From Lingula anatina (Eukaryota; Animalia; Brachiopoda): a DNA stretch of 64,000 nucleotides. The notes below the pieces were generated by a model. The model ran no database searches. It was not told where the DNA came from and was given only the letters and a program-made list of their open reading frames with translations. The stretch spans positions 2,356,001-2,420,000 of the forward strand of contig CM120645.1 in NCBI GenBank assembly GCA_051362555.1. Reading direction: 5' to 3'. This document shows positions 11,227 to 23,919 of this stretch, in pieces (positions within the stretch are counted from its first letter, which is position 1; the number at the start of each line of letters is the position of its first letter). Both the position numbers and the translations under genes were made by a program.

Positions 11227-14200
11227 GTGGGGTACTTAAGGGAGTTGGGGGTGGGGTGAGGGTATTAACCACTCCCTACCTGGTACAGTGGGTAGTAAGG
11301 GGGGGTGGGGTGGGGTGAGGGTATTAACCACTCCCTACCTGGTACAGTGGGTAGTAAAGGGGGGTGGGGTGGGGTGAGGGTATTAACCACTCCCTACCTG
11401 GTACAGTGGGTAGTAAAGGGGGGTGGGGTGGGGTGAGGGTATTAACCACTCCCTACCTGGTACAGTGGGTAGTAAAGGGGGGTGGGGTGGGGTGAGGGTA
11501 TTAACCACTCCCTACCTGGTACAGTGGGTAGTAAAGGGGGGTGGGGTGGGGTGAGGGTATTAACCACTCCCTACCTGGTACAGTGGGTAGTAAGGGGGGG
11601 TGGGGTGGGGTGAGGGTATTAACCACTCCCTACCTGGTACAGTGGGTAGTAAAGGGGGTTGGGGTGGGGTGAGGGTATCAACCACTCCCTACCTGGTACA
11701 GTGGGTAGTAAAGGGGGGTGGGGTGGGGTGAGGGTATCAACCACTCCCTACCTGGTACAGTGGGTAGTAAAGGGGGGTGGGGTGGGGTGAGGGTATTAAC
11801 CACTCCCTACCTGGTACAGTGGGTAGTAAGGGGGGGTGGGGTGGGGGTGAGGGTATCAACCACTACCTACCTGGTACAGTGACAGCATCTGGAAACACCT
11901 GTTTCACACTTGACCTAATTGTCTGGTAGCCAAAGTCTTCTGGGCCTGTAGGGGAGACAGGGGATGGCTCTATTGCATCCTCCAGGTGTAATTGTTTTAT
12001 ATGAACACGATCATCATTGACAACTGCCCTGTCATAGTCTATAACCTAAAATAAATGATGTGGTTTCTGTTTTAATTGCTAAAACTTATATAATGAATTT
12101 TCTGTAATATTTTAATTTGTCTTATCATTATAGACCTGATTCGTCTTCAGTTGTTAATCCCATCCAGAGTTCTAGTATAAAATGATAAAATTTAAGTGTC
12201 TGAAGATCTCTAATATGTGCTGGTTTATCAATTTGAGCAATGTGCGACTGCCCTGGTGAAACAATTAAAGTAATCTGTTACAAAAACTTTCAATTCTGAC
12301 TAATAAAAATGTTTTAATTGTGTCTTATTTCATTTACATTGTCAACTAATTTTATTTGTTTTGTTGATTTTGTGACATAGTTGATTGGTGCAAAACTTTT
12401 CAAAACGGACTTACATAAGTATGTTTTGGGTTCTATTTTATTTACATATTGTAAACCAGATTTGTTACTGATTTGGTGAAGCAAGGTAATTTGTTACAAA
12501 CTCCAGTGTAGAGAAGTTCCAGAAGTCACTCACATCCTGAATGGACTGTGCTGGATGTATTCTGTGGTTCACATAGGCTGTAGCAACTGGAGGGAGAACA
12601 TTGTCCTGAAATAAATAAATAAATAAATAAATAAATGGACTGTGCTGGATGTATTCTGTGGTTGACATAGGCTGTAGCAACAGGAGGGAGAACATTGTCC
12701 TCAAATTTTGTTTAAAAAAAAAGAAAATTTATAAGAAAAATAAATAAACTTACATTAATCACTGAATATGCTTTTAATAATGATCATTTCAAAAAATGAT
12801 TGAATAGAAAGGGGATGGCCCAACAAGATAAAATTCAAATGGACAGTTGTTTAAACAGATTGTTTAACCCAGCCCAGTTTTACAGCTAAATTTAAATGGA
12901 ATTCACACAGCCATACCAAGTTTCAGAGAAAACATGATATAAAATCATATGTTACACATTCAAGAACAGAAAAAAATTAAACTGTTAAGCTATTTTTCTT
13001 CCCATAAAAAAATTTAAAAAGCCATTAAATTGCTTCGTTCTCATGTTAAAATCTAAAAGCTATAAATGATGACTTTTGAACAAATGTAATTCTTTGGCAT
13101 ATGAAAGTATACAATGCTATTTACTTCACTAATAATAATAACAATAGGCAAGGTTTGCACATTTTTTTATTTATTAAGGGGTAATTTTGGACTCTGCACT
13201 AGAAACCAGAAATTAACGTTCCCAACTGAAATCATTGCACCATTACAAAGGACATTTAGCTCAAAATGTGCTAAATTCAAACCAACCTTTATTCCCGCAT
13301 TGAATACGGTGATAGCTGTTGTAGTCCGAACTTGCCCATTTGTGGCAGGATTACTGGATAGCAGTCTAAAACCAAACAATCTTTTTTTGAACAGAATAGA
13401 ATTGGACAGTAAGACTGATATATGTACACATAAGATAAAAGATTTAAAGAAAACCGGGAAAATACTGGAGTTAAAAATGAAGAATTTGTTAAGAAAAGAT
13501 CACAAGGACATTTTTTTCTTAATTTGCTCAGCATCTTTCAAATATAAAACAGCGGAACTGACAATAACATATAGGTAACAGAGATGGCTGGAAAATTGTT
13601 TGGTTTGGTTTAATGATGTTCTCTTTGTTATACCACTACAATACATGACTCCTTAATCCCTCATTTGGAAAAAAAAGAAACAGAAGTGAAAATGCACCAA
13701 GCTCACGTTCACTTTGTTTATATTAAAAAGAAGTTGGTCTTAAAATGCATACAAGTATTTCAAGGTTTTTTCCTCACCTGGAGACATATGGTCCTAAAAG
13801 CCACAGGTTACTCATCAAGAATTTGCCAAAGAAAGACATCTGAAACATTAATTATAAAAAGAACTGATCGAGACACATTCATCAAGCAACTAATTTTCAA
13901 ACAAACATTTTTTTAATGTGTCACACACTTGCTCCTTCTTTCCCATAGTTGAAACTGGGTCATACTTCTCAATAACCATTTCATAATTAATTTACCTATG
14001 AGGTTTATAATCATTCTGAATGTAGTTATTAAAAACTAAATTAAAATCATAAACATTGATCATTCAACAAAAGCTGGAAGAGTTTAAAAAAAAACAACTT
14101 ACATGTGGTGCCACATGTTCCATACTAGCTGCCTCAGGTCCATAGCCAAAAAAGCTAGGGTGAGGCGAGGATTCTAGCCTGCAATTTGATATACTGTTGT

Positions 14201-17200
14201 TAAAGACATACCATGCTTTTTTAAGTTAGTCCTTGATATATGTCATAGTGGTGATTTCACAGCCAAACTTCATTTTAGAAACTTCCACATTTAAATCAAA
14301 TTAAATCAACATTTGGTAAAGATTGTTCAGGTGTCTCCTTTATAATGATATCATATGAATCTGTTTATGTATGTTATTCATTGGAAAGAACTGTAACCAA
14401 GTTTTAAAGGATGTTTTCAGTTTTAAAAGGATTGAATAACTTTATTTACTGCTTCATAGCCAAGTTAGAGTTTAAAGCAGTCTGACTTTAATTATGTAAA
14501 GGTCTCTAGTAATATGCCCTAGTTCTGTTAATTGGCTTCAATATCTCTGGCTTGTTTTAGGAATCACTGTAATGTATTTTGTGTGCATTAGTATATAAGG
14601 AGAAGAACTTTGTATTAGAGATGAGAGATTTGAGATCAGAGCTCAGAGTGAAGCACAAGCAGACAAACGCTTCCTACATCAAGCAGGATACAAAGAGGTG
14701 CTAAAGGTACCTTTTGGTATGACAAAACTGAAATCTGCAGATTTGCATAAAGAAGTGACAGACATGTTGAAAAAAATTCTGTCGGAAGTGGATCGGATGC
14801 CAACTGCATACAATATAGACAAAGATGGAGACAAGCTGACAATTACAATTGTCAGGAAGAACGATCCAAGAGACCAGAAATTACTGTACGTTGAAACAGT
14901 TCCCTAAATTAGCAGTATCAAAAAGAAAAAAGTCACCATCACGCCTGAGAAGAGATCAAGAAAGAATGAAGAAATGGCAGAGCAGAAAGAAGACTAGTCA
15001 TCAGAAACAGGCAGTCCAAGCTTATACATGTGAGTTAGAAATGGGTTGCAATGCCTTGATAGATAATGCACCAGAGAGCATGCCAATGGATTGCAACGCC
15101 ATATTAGAAAATGCACCAGAGAGCGTGCAAACACCAGAGGATGTGCCAGAAGAAACAATATTTCCTTTCCGTGAGTGTGACTCTGTAACTGATGAACTAG
15201 ACGCTTCAGCTGCTGTAAAGACAAAATTGCAGAATCTCAGAGCAAAATTAAAGGAACTAGAAATTGTAAGAAAAAAATTAGTAGAAATTCTGAGACAATT
15301 AAAAGTTTAAAGGCCACTTGTATTGAAAGAGAATATGAAATTCATCAATTGGAACAAGAAAAATTGAGAACTGAAAGATATTGTGAACAACAGAAGGAAA
15401 AAATCAAAAGTGATCCTTTATTTCATGTTAACTGCATATCAAAGGAAATAGTATTTTCTCTACAACAAGAAAAGAGTCAACTTTAATTTGAAAACACTGA
15501 AAATGAGAAACAATGGCAAGAAGGAAAAGGACTTTTACAATCACAATGGCAGAAAGAGAAAGAACATTTAACTTTGCTAGTAATATGAAGAAAAAGGCAA
15601 TTGCTATCATAATAATGGAGAGCAATATCATTTTGTCAGCCATAACCATTTTGGGCCTATATGCTTGACTGAAAATCTTCACAGCTTTAAAAGTAAAGAA
15701 TTCTATTGTATTATATTTCTTGGAGCACTGACATGGTTACTGACATTTTGTGTGGAGACAGTGTAAAAGACGCTGAAATATCCTGAGATTGCTGCAGTTT
15801 TTATGCATTCTTTGTTACTATCATAGAGTAAAAAGTTGCAGTATGCTAAGCATGAGGTGATCACCCCATGAATTTACTGTTGACGTTTGAAGAGTTGATC
15901 TCTGGAAAACTTATCATAGCTGTTGTGTTACCTGCTGGAGAAGTAACTCAGACCAAAGTGTCCCCTGTGTTACATAGAAAAAAAGAGAAAGAGAGTCTCA
16001 GAAAAAAAAGAAAAATTCTCCTTTTTCCATTATTCATGAAGGCATATGCACTACCTAAATTCAATAAAAAATGGCTGTCCATAAATCAGACATGAGCCTA
16101 GGTTTCAAAACGGCCTCTGAACATTTACCAAATTTCAGACAAGATGTATCTCAGGAACCATCAGAATTGAATTAAAAAACACAGAACTCCGAGCTTCCGT
16201 GGAAAAAGCCCCTGTCTGATAAATTCATTTTCTAGCTCTTACTTTCTCTACCTCTTACTTCAGAAAGAAGACTGGTCACATTTGCCAGTTCCAATTCCCA
16301 TCATCATGACAAAAGTGGCTCTAAATCAAACTAGTAGCTCAAGACTCAAAAAGCCTTTTAAACCGATTTGGTAAAATGGCTTTAGGTCTCATTCCCAATG
16401 AAAATATCAGTCTATGTAAATCGATCCAACTCCGTGGGGACTCTTGCTGAATGCAATCAGACTAAAAGATTAACACGCCTCCTTTTGTTATCAATGTGCT
16501 TGTATTATCACCAGCTTTTCTGTATTCTACTCAATGGAAAGAGGAGGTATGTTATTATACATATATGTAATAATACATTTTCTTCCCAGTATCTCACCTT
16601 GCTAATGCTTTGGATAAAATGCCAATGCTGGTTTCAGGAGGCGGCATAGAGGAATGGCCGCCTGGTACTTCCACCTTGAATTCCAGTGTCACGTAGCCTT
16701 TCTCTGCAGCTCCTATACTGTAAATTAGAAGAGATAAGGAAACAACCTTGATATGAGACATCATTTAATCTTTGTAATATACAATGTGTATAAATGCACC
16801 ATGTCTATTTTAATCAAAGCTTTCAAGGTACTCATATATACTGACTATATATAGGGTATTTACAACATATATCAAGAACAGGACAACTTCCAGACAAATT
16901 TATTCACTTTTGAAACATGCAAACCTTTCAAAAATAATTGGGAAAATTGAAATAGTTATACCACAACTTAGCCATATTTCAAACAAATATTTAACACCCC
17001 ATCATCATCAGAAACAAACCACTCCCACTAACACTTCAGCTGTCAATCACGGTCAACTCCTCCCACTTACACGGCAACTGGCTTGTCAATCATTGGCAGA
17101 CATACATCCAGGACAGGCATGCCCTCATCTACCATAAATTCAAGTCTGATGCCTCGGTCCTGCAGAATCTTTCCTATATGTGCATGTCCATCGTAACCCC

Positions 17201-20200
17201 CAACCTGACAACATATGAGCATGCAAATGTAATTTCGTACATTCGTACGATGCCAATATAATCTAAAATTAACTAATACCAAACATATGAGAAATTAAAC
17301 TGATACAATGTTATATTTTCTTAATGACTCATTGTTTAGGATGTTATGCTAAAGGACACTATTGGAATATCCCTTCATTTCAGATTGATAAATAAATGCT
17401 TATATTTATTGGATAAAATGGCCTTATGCAATCCAGCATTACCATAGACTGCATGCTCATGATCGATTTTTAATCATAAGTAGCCAATCCCACACCATAC
17501 AACTCGCCTAAATTCCAATGACTTCAAGTGGAGACAACAGGGCCGTAGCAACGTCCGAAGGTTCAATAGTCCGAAGGTTCATTGCTCCGAATGTTCACTG
17601 TAGAACCTTCGGACCAACGAACCCTTGATTTAAAAACTGATGAAAATGTTAGGATTTTTCGGACCAATGAACCTTCGGACTATCGCGACGCCCCCGGGAC
17701 AACAGTTTCCTTATTCCATTAAACCAGGTCTCTACCTCCGTCCTGTGCTTTCCCTACCTCTTCATCATGTCCAAGAGCAACAAACAAAGTCCTCTTGGGC
17801 TTAAATCCTCTTTTTAAGTGGAATTCCAAGGCTTCAAGAATACCCTGAAAATAAGTCAAATTGTGTCATGAAAACTGCAGTAATAATAAAAATATTCAAG
17901 GAAATTCAAAGAGTTTTCTGTGGCACTATTTGTGAGCCAGCTTGATATATGTGCAATATTAATAAATACAGCACAAGCATAAAGAATCATTTTAACTACC
18001 AGAACGCCATCTTTGTTATCCAGCGTTCCTCGCCCATAGAGGTGACCATCTTCTGTGATGACCCCATCAAATGGTGGATGTTCCCAGCCCTCGTCTGAGG
18101 CAGGTACAACATCAAGGTGAGCGGCTAGAAGATACGGCTTCAACTCCGGGTTTGTGCCTGGAGTGAGACAAAATATTTGGTCAACCCAAAGGTAGAGGTG
18201 CTTTAACAAGGAAAATTAAGGTACAGGCATTACTCAGAATTCAAAATGGGATTACTTTATCCTTTTGGGCATCTCATATAAAGAAGAATTAAAAATCAAC
18301 AGGTGGGTAACATCCCCATGATGCATACTGGTAAATTTATATGACAATCATCTCTCAAAGGCAAAGAAACTGCCGGTAGCTCTGATGGCACAGACATATA
18401 ACAAGATCAAATGGTCTGGAAAATATAATTCTTGATAGGCTTGATAGGTTGATCATTTGTTTTAATAATAGAGACATTATAGTCATCCAGTAGCTTTTGT
18501 CAAGGTCAGGCCAGCCCCTATTTCATTTTCATGGATATCATCTCCTTCATAATAAATGACATGTCTAACAACAAATGCCTATCATTATATTTTCATTGGC
18601 ATCTGAATTCACTTATTATAAACAAGAAAAAAATTCTCATCTGAAAACAAATTTTTATTTTTAAATTAAAAAAAAAAAATTATTTTATTCATTTTAGACC
18701 AGATATAGACTCTCTGGCATATAAACACATGCCTATTTGTTTGTTTTTTTATAACATGTTTTCTTTCTCCTACAGTATCTTGCAGACAAAGGCAACATAG
18801 TTTAAGTGAGCTCTTTGTGTGTACAAAGAAAAAGACTGGTGAAAACACACATATATCTTCTTGTTGGCATCTTGATGTTATGAACAGCGTACCTCGAACA
18901 GCATTCATCCATCATCAGTTACCACAGTCTGCAGTGTGCCTCATATAATACTAACCTACACTTGTCCAAAAAAGTTTGGAAACATGAAACTGTTTCTCAA
19001 TAATGAAAAACTATGTTATGCAGTTAGAAAATCTTCATTGTATATGTAAAAAGTAACAAATGGTGGGTGAAATTTATTCATCAATATTTGGTTAAAATAC
19101 TTATCTGAGCTCACATGATTATTTTATAGTTAAAAATAACAATGTTTACGAAAATTTTTGTTCAAGTGTAGATTTAGGAGTCCCAGGTAAATAGCTCCTT
19201 CATATAGCACTCCAAAGTCTCAGATACAGTTAAAGGTTAATTCTATTCCAGATTTCATGGGATTTAGAAGAGAGTGGTAAAAAAATATAGAGAGAGTGCA
19301 ATGTGGTTTAATCAATGAAAGTTAGTGGGCAGAATGTACAACTTGGAATATTTTTTCTCCTTGTTTTCTTTTAAGTTCTATAGAATAAAAGTCGTCACAG
19401 GTACTAGTACTTGTATATTGTTCCTAAATAAAAAAAAGTGTAGTTAGTCATTAAGGCTGATTATTATATTGACTGCAGTCAAAGGGAGTCCCTACTACAT
19501 TTTAATTGCAAAACAAATAAAAAATATATTTAATGAATGAAAATAAAATTGTAAAATAAAAATGCAATGTTATATAACTGTTACATTATAATTAATAATT
19601 ATTACATTGTTCAATACAACCTATACCTGTACTGTACCTGGTAATTCATAGAGCAAACTGTATCCATTTACCACTTGGTGATGTACTAACGGTGAATTAT
19701 GGATTGTGGGGAATTCTGGAATAAAATTGTTTTAAAATAAAACTAAGTGCATGCTAACTGTACTTCAAGTTTCAAAGTATTTGATTTCACTATAACCATA
19801 ACCGTAATACATTCATATACAGTGAATTAATATACTGCTACACCTGTAGTAACATGTATACATATATATATATAGTTACACGTATGGCACATAGCATTTT
19901 TTCACAAACTAATGGTATATACATAGCGGTTTCTTTTTTCGCAAAGAAAACAAATCACTATTATGTGTATTACGTATATCAGCACCCCCCCCCCCCCCAA
20001 ACACGCACACACACTTCCCGCAACACTGCGACACGCCCCTTTCAAGACAGTTATTAAACGTGCCCCTCCCCCCCCCCACCAACCCCCCACCCTCCCCGCC
20101 CACTGTTTTTAATGTGGATATAATAAATTTTACCTCTCTTTAGAAAAAATTGAAACTTGAGCAGCTCGTCCCGATTGTAGTCATGCTTAGATGTCGACAC

Positions 20201-20455
20201 AGTTTTAAAACGAAGAGCATGAACAAACCGGTCAACAACGTCTCCATCGGCACGAATGTAGTCTTCGTCCGTGACTTTGCACGGCTTGTAATCTATCTCC
20301 CGAATTTCAAAAGTCAGCGCTCGTATTAAACATACTAGAAATAACGACGTGGATATGATAACAGTGAGAAGGCCCAGCTTGCAGAATAATCCTCCGAGAG
20401 ACCTGCCTATCGGTTTGGTTGGTCTTGTTGATATCGACCGACCCGAGGCAGCCAT
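10615..20455 (-). CDS. PM20D1: PM20D1-like N-fatty-acyl-amino acid synthase/hydrolase (peptidase M20 family), paralog A, 12 exons, 532 aa
   Basis: GT-AG exons read manually: 20455-20134, 19715-19638, 18157-18000, 17844-17758, 17204-17071, 16717-16598, 14178-14103, 13839-13778, 13365-13287, 12605-12534, 12045-11871, 10850-10615; sum 1599 nt with consistent phases. M20 metal/catalytic motifs [43 protein letters not shown]; N-terminal hydrophobic segment; ends HTEEL. Confidence 0.92.
11225..11881. repeat. 59-bp G-rich minisatellite (about 11 units) containing the exon 11 3' end and splice donor of PM20D1-A
   Basis: Unit GGGTGGGGTGGGGTGAGGGTATTAACCACTCCCTACCTGGTACAGTGGGTAGTAAAGGG; ten copies of minus-strand ACTGTACCAG|GTAGGG plus the real donor at 11870. 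Confidence 0.97.
12634..12701 (-). pseudogene. Partial tandem duplicate of PM20D1-A exon 10 (pseudo-exon)
   Basis: Matches 12540-12607 with two substitutions; keeps an AG before GACAAT but lacks the last codons and donor; separated from the real exon by (AAAT)n. Confidence 0.85.
14698..15480 (+). pseudogene. Frameshifted nested ORF (probable transposon/viral-derived remnant) in intron 6 of PM20D1-A, antisense to host
   Basis: Overlapping ORFs 14698-14907 and 14849-15310 plus a further coding-like stretch (EREYEIHQLEQEKLRTERYCEQQKEKIK); basic KRKKSPSRLRRDQERMKKW motif and coiled-coil-like segment; TATATAAG at about 14593; lies in about 1.9 kb missing from paralog B. Confidence 0.45.
17541..17697. 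mobile_element. MITE with 8-bp target-site duplication
   Basis: Flanked by GACAACAG at 17533-17540 and 17698-17705; internal 15-bp repeats TCCGAAGGTTCA on the left and inverted GAACCTTCGGA on the right; not present in paralog B intron 4. Confidence 0.75.
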
Positions 20456-22372
20456 TTTTTAGCACCCGCATGAGAACAGAAGCGAACTCGACGGGGCGTG
20501 ACTAAAGCGTGCTACACGCGCGCCTCCCGTCGCTTCATTCTTTAAACATTGATTTTCAGAGATAAATGTTTATGTTAGGAAGCCGAGATATGTTGCACTC
20601 TTTGTTATAAAGATTATTTCATTTACATTACTTATGCAATTAATTTGTAATTTAGTGTAAAAATACGTTTACCTAGGAGAATAGGGCAACCCAAGGTCAC
20701 AAAAACCATGTCGGCGTACTACTTAGCGGCGGTATTCTGAATATATATACACATTCATACATATTTTTTCTTGAAAATAAATATTTTTAAGACCTTCACA
20801 CCGTTTAGTATTTTTCATTGTTAAAAATAATTATACTTTTTAAACACTAATCATCTAACATAAAACATTTATTTCATCATAAGTTTACAGTTAGAGATAC
20901 ATAAAGAATATTCAGGAATTTATAATAAAAGGCATCAAATAATTGGTGCAAAATATTCCCAGATTTCATCCCATTTTCTTTGAGATATAATCTAATTCTG
21001 GCTTCATTTTCCAATTCTCTTCATTTCAGTTTCCAAGCACAATGTTTTCAATCTATATTTGAAGTCAATAAGTGAATGGTTTCTTTCACAAATCACAGCA
21101 TTATATGATAATTAAAATGCTTCTAAAAATCGCAAGTTATGATGTGATTGTTTTAAAATCACCTTCATAATTCCTTTACTTCTATTCATAAGAACAAACA
21201 ATGTTTACCAAAGCTTGTAATGCACTTGTATTAAAAAATTTTTCTTTGGCAACTGAATAAAATATAAGTACCACAAAATCTATACCATAGCACTCGTCAA
21301 AACCATTATACTTTATTGTTTATTAAAAGAATTCATTAATAACATTGAGTAAAATTACCTACAGTTCTATCCTTTTGACATTAACCAATCACCTACAGCA
21401 TGCCATTTGACAACAATAATAAATCACTTAATATGATAAAAAATCTTTGGATATCATTCAGTTTTCTAGTTATATTTTAATAATTAAAGCCTAATTTAAT
21501 AATGTCTGATAAAAAAAAACTCTCTCCCTATCATATTTTGTAGCTAGCTAGATAAACCCTACTACAACCAAGTAAAAATCAAACAAGGTTTCAAGTTGGT
21601 AACCCAACAATAAACACACTACTTTTTCACCCTAAAAATGTATTTCTTACACATCTTTACAATAACACAAAACTATCTCTAGCAGGTTCTCAACACTTCT
21701 TACATTATCTTTTCTTAAATTTCCCTTAGAAATTGACAATAATACCTTCCAAATCCTTTTTTACATGATAATCAAATAATTTCTACCAAAAACTACCAAA
21801 TTGCATTTTTCAATGCAACTTAATAATTAACAACAAATAATTAATGCAGATAGCATAAATCTTTTTGTAAAAAAAATGGTTAATAATCATTTAAAATAAT
21901 TTTCTGCATTATGGAGCACACATCCTGGACTAAGTTAAAATCATGCTAAAATATTCCATCTTTATGTTTCTTTGCTTGCATAAAATCATCTTATATTCAA
22001 ATAAGACACTGTCAAATAAAACCCCTGTTACCCGAAAAACAACTTGAATCAAATAAATAGTAAATAAATATGTCATTCAATATATGTATTTAAATACTGT
22101 TTTTTCAACCTCCCACTGATGTTGTAGAGCTGAACAATTACAACAGAATAAATGAACAAAAAGTTCAAAACAGTTACTGTAAGGATAATGTTGTCCGTAT
22201 CAAAAACCATGGAATGGTTTTCTTATCGTTGATTAATACTTATTTTTTTGTATATTTCTATGGAATATTTAATGACCAAAAATGGTCTATCACTGTTAGC
22301 TGACAATTTTCAATAGCTGTAAATATTCTTTGAATTCTTTTTGTGCTTGGTTTTTCCTGGTATAACTCTATT

Positions 22373-22419
22373 GTGCTGCCCTCTGCTGTACAGATTGATA
22401 TGCTGCTGCCCCCTAGTGA
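22373..22419 (-). promoter_or_regulatory. Pair of CTCF-like motifs just downstream of the PM20D1-B stop codon
   Basis: Minus strand TCACTAGGGGGCAGCA and ACAGCAGAGGGCAGCA. Confidence 0.45.
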
Positions 22420-22431
22420 GGTTCCCATAGT

Positions 22432-23868
22432 TTACAATTCCTCAGTATGGGAGTGAAGAACCTGCAACTTTTCCTGGTCTGCGTTGAGAATTAGGTGATA
22501 AAAGAAGTTGATTATTTGCTCAAAGTTCTGTACAGCGATTCTCTCATTGAATCCATGAATTCTCTTTGAATCTTCAGGCACAAGAACGGCAGGCAGGAAT
22601 CGGTAGACAGACTTAGTCAGGTCCAGGTAGTGCTTTGTATCTGTGTTTCCCATCAGAATACCTACAATAAGCAAAGGCAATTGTTACTATAATTGCTTAT
22701 CTAGATATTTACTATAAATATACCATAATTAAAAAATGTACTTAGAAGCACTTAAAATTTTACAACCTAAATGACATTGTAAAAAAAATAAACAAGTATT
22801 GCCTTTATTTACTTTTGCTAATACCATTATTATGGCAACAACACAGATTCCAAATTTAGAGCAGATGAAAAACGCAAAGGGGACTTGACAATGTATAAAA
22901 TGTATGAATTATGCAATACAGTTTTCATCAAGAGAACTGCGGATATGTATTGGATGTGCAGATGCAAAATCTCAAAACTGTTTCTGAATAACAAACCCAT
23001 AGTGTTGCTGGGGGGGGGGAGGGGGGGGGGGGGGTAAGACAGAGAGAGGAGGGGGTTGAAGGGGGTTGTCAATAACCACTCCCTACCCGGTACAGTGGGT
23101 AGTAAAGGGGGTTGGGGTGAGGGTATCAACCACTCCCTACCTGGTACAGTGGGTAGTAAAGGGGGGTGGGGTGGGGTGAGGGTATTAACCACTCCCTACC
23201 TGGTACAGTGACAGCCTCTGGAAACACCTGTTTTACACTTGACCTAATTATCTGGTAGCCAAAGTCTTCTGGACCCGTAGGGGAGATAGGGGATGGCTCT
23301 CTGTTCATAACAGACCTGGATAATTTTATCTGGACTCGCTCATCGTTGATAACTGCCTTGTCATAGTCTATAACCTGGAGAAAAGTAATGTAAAATGTTA
23401 TAGCCCATATTAACTTATCAAATTTGCAAATTAATAAATTAATCAATTAACTTTAACCAAAAGAAAATATCTTATATTCAAGCACAATTATATCAAGCCC
23501 AAGGTTTACTGTAAATTCATTACTATATTCTAAATCTAATCTGATGAAAATTCAAACATTCTTTTAAAAACATTCAAACATCAAAAACTAAGCCTGCTTC
23601 ATTAGTTTCATGATGTTGCCCAATGTTTGAGTGAAAATTGATGGTCATAACAATCATATTTAGATTAGTGCTGAACATTTTGAACACTGACAGAAATAAA
23701 TTCATTTGTTTTTTTGTAAACCAGATTTATTACTAATTTGGGGAAACAAGGTACAAACTCCAGTGTAGAGAAGTTTCAGAAGTCACTCACATCCTGAATG
23801 GACTGTGCTGGATGTATTCTGTGGTTCACATAGGCTGTGGCTACTGGAGGGAGAACATTGTCCTGAAA

Positions 23869-23919
<51 letters not shown>

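Noticed and set aside
13114-13578. 154-aa plus-strand ORF
   Set aside because: Antisense shadow over PM20D1-A exon 9 and AT-rich intron; no independent support.
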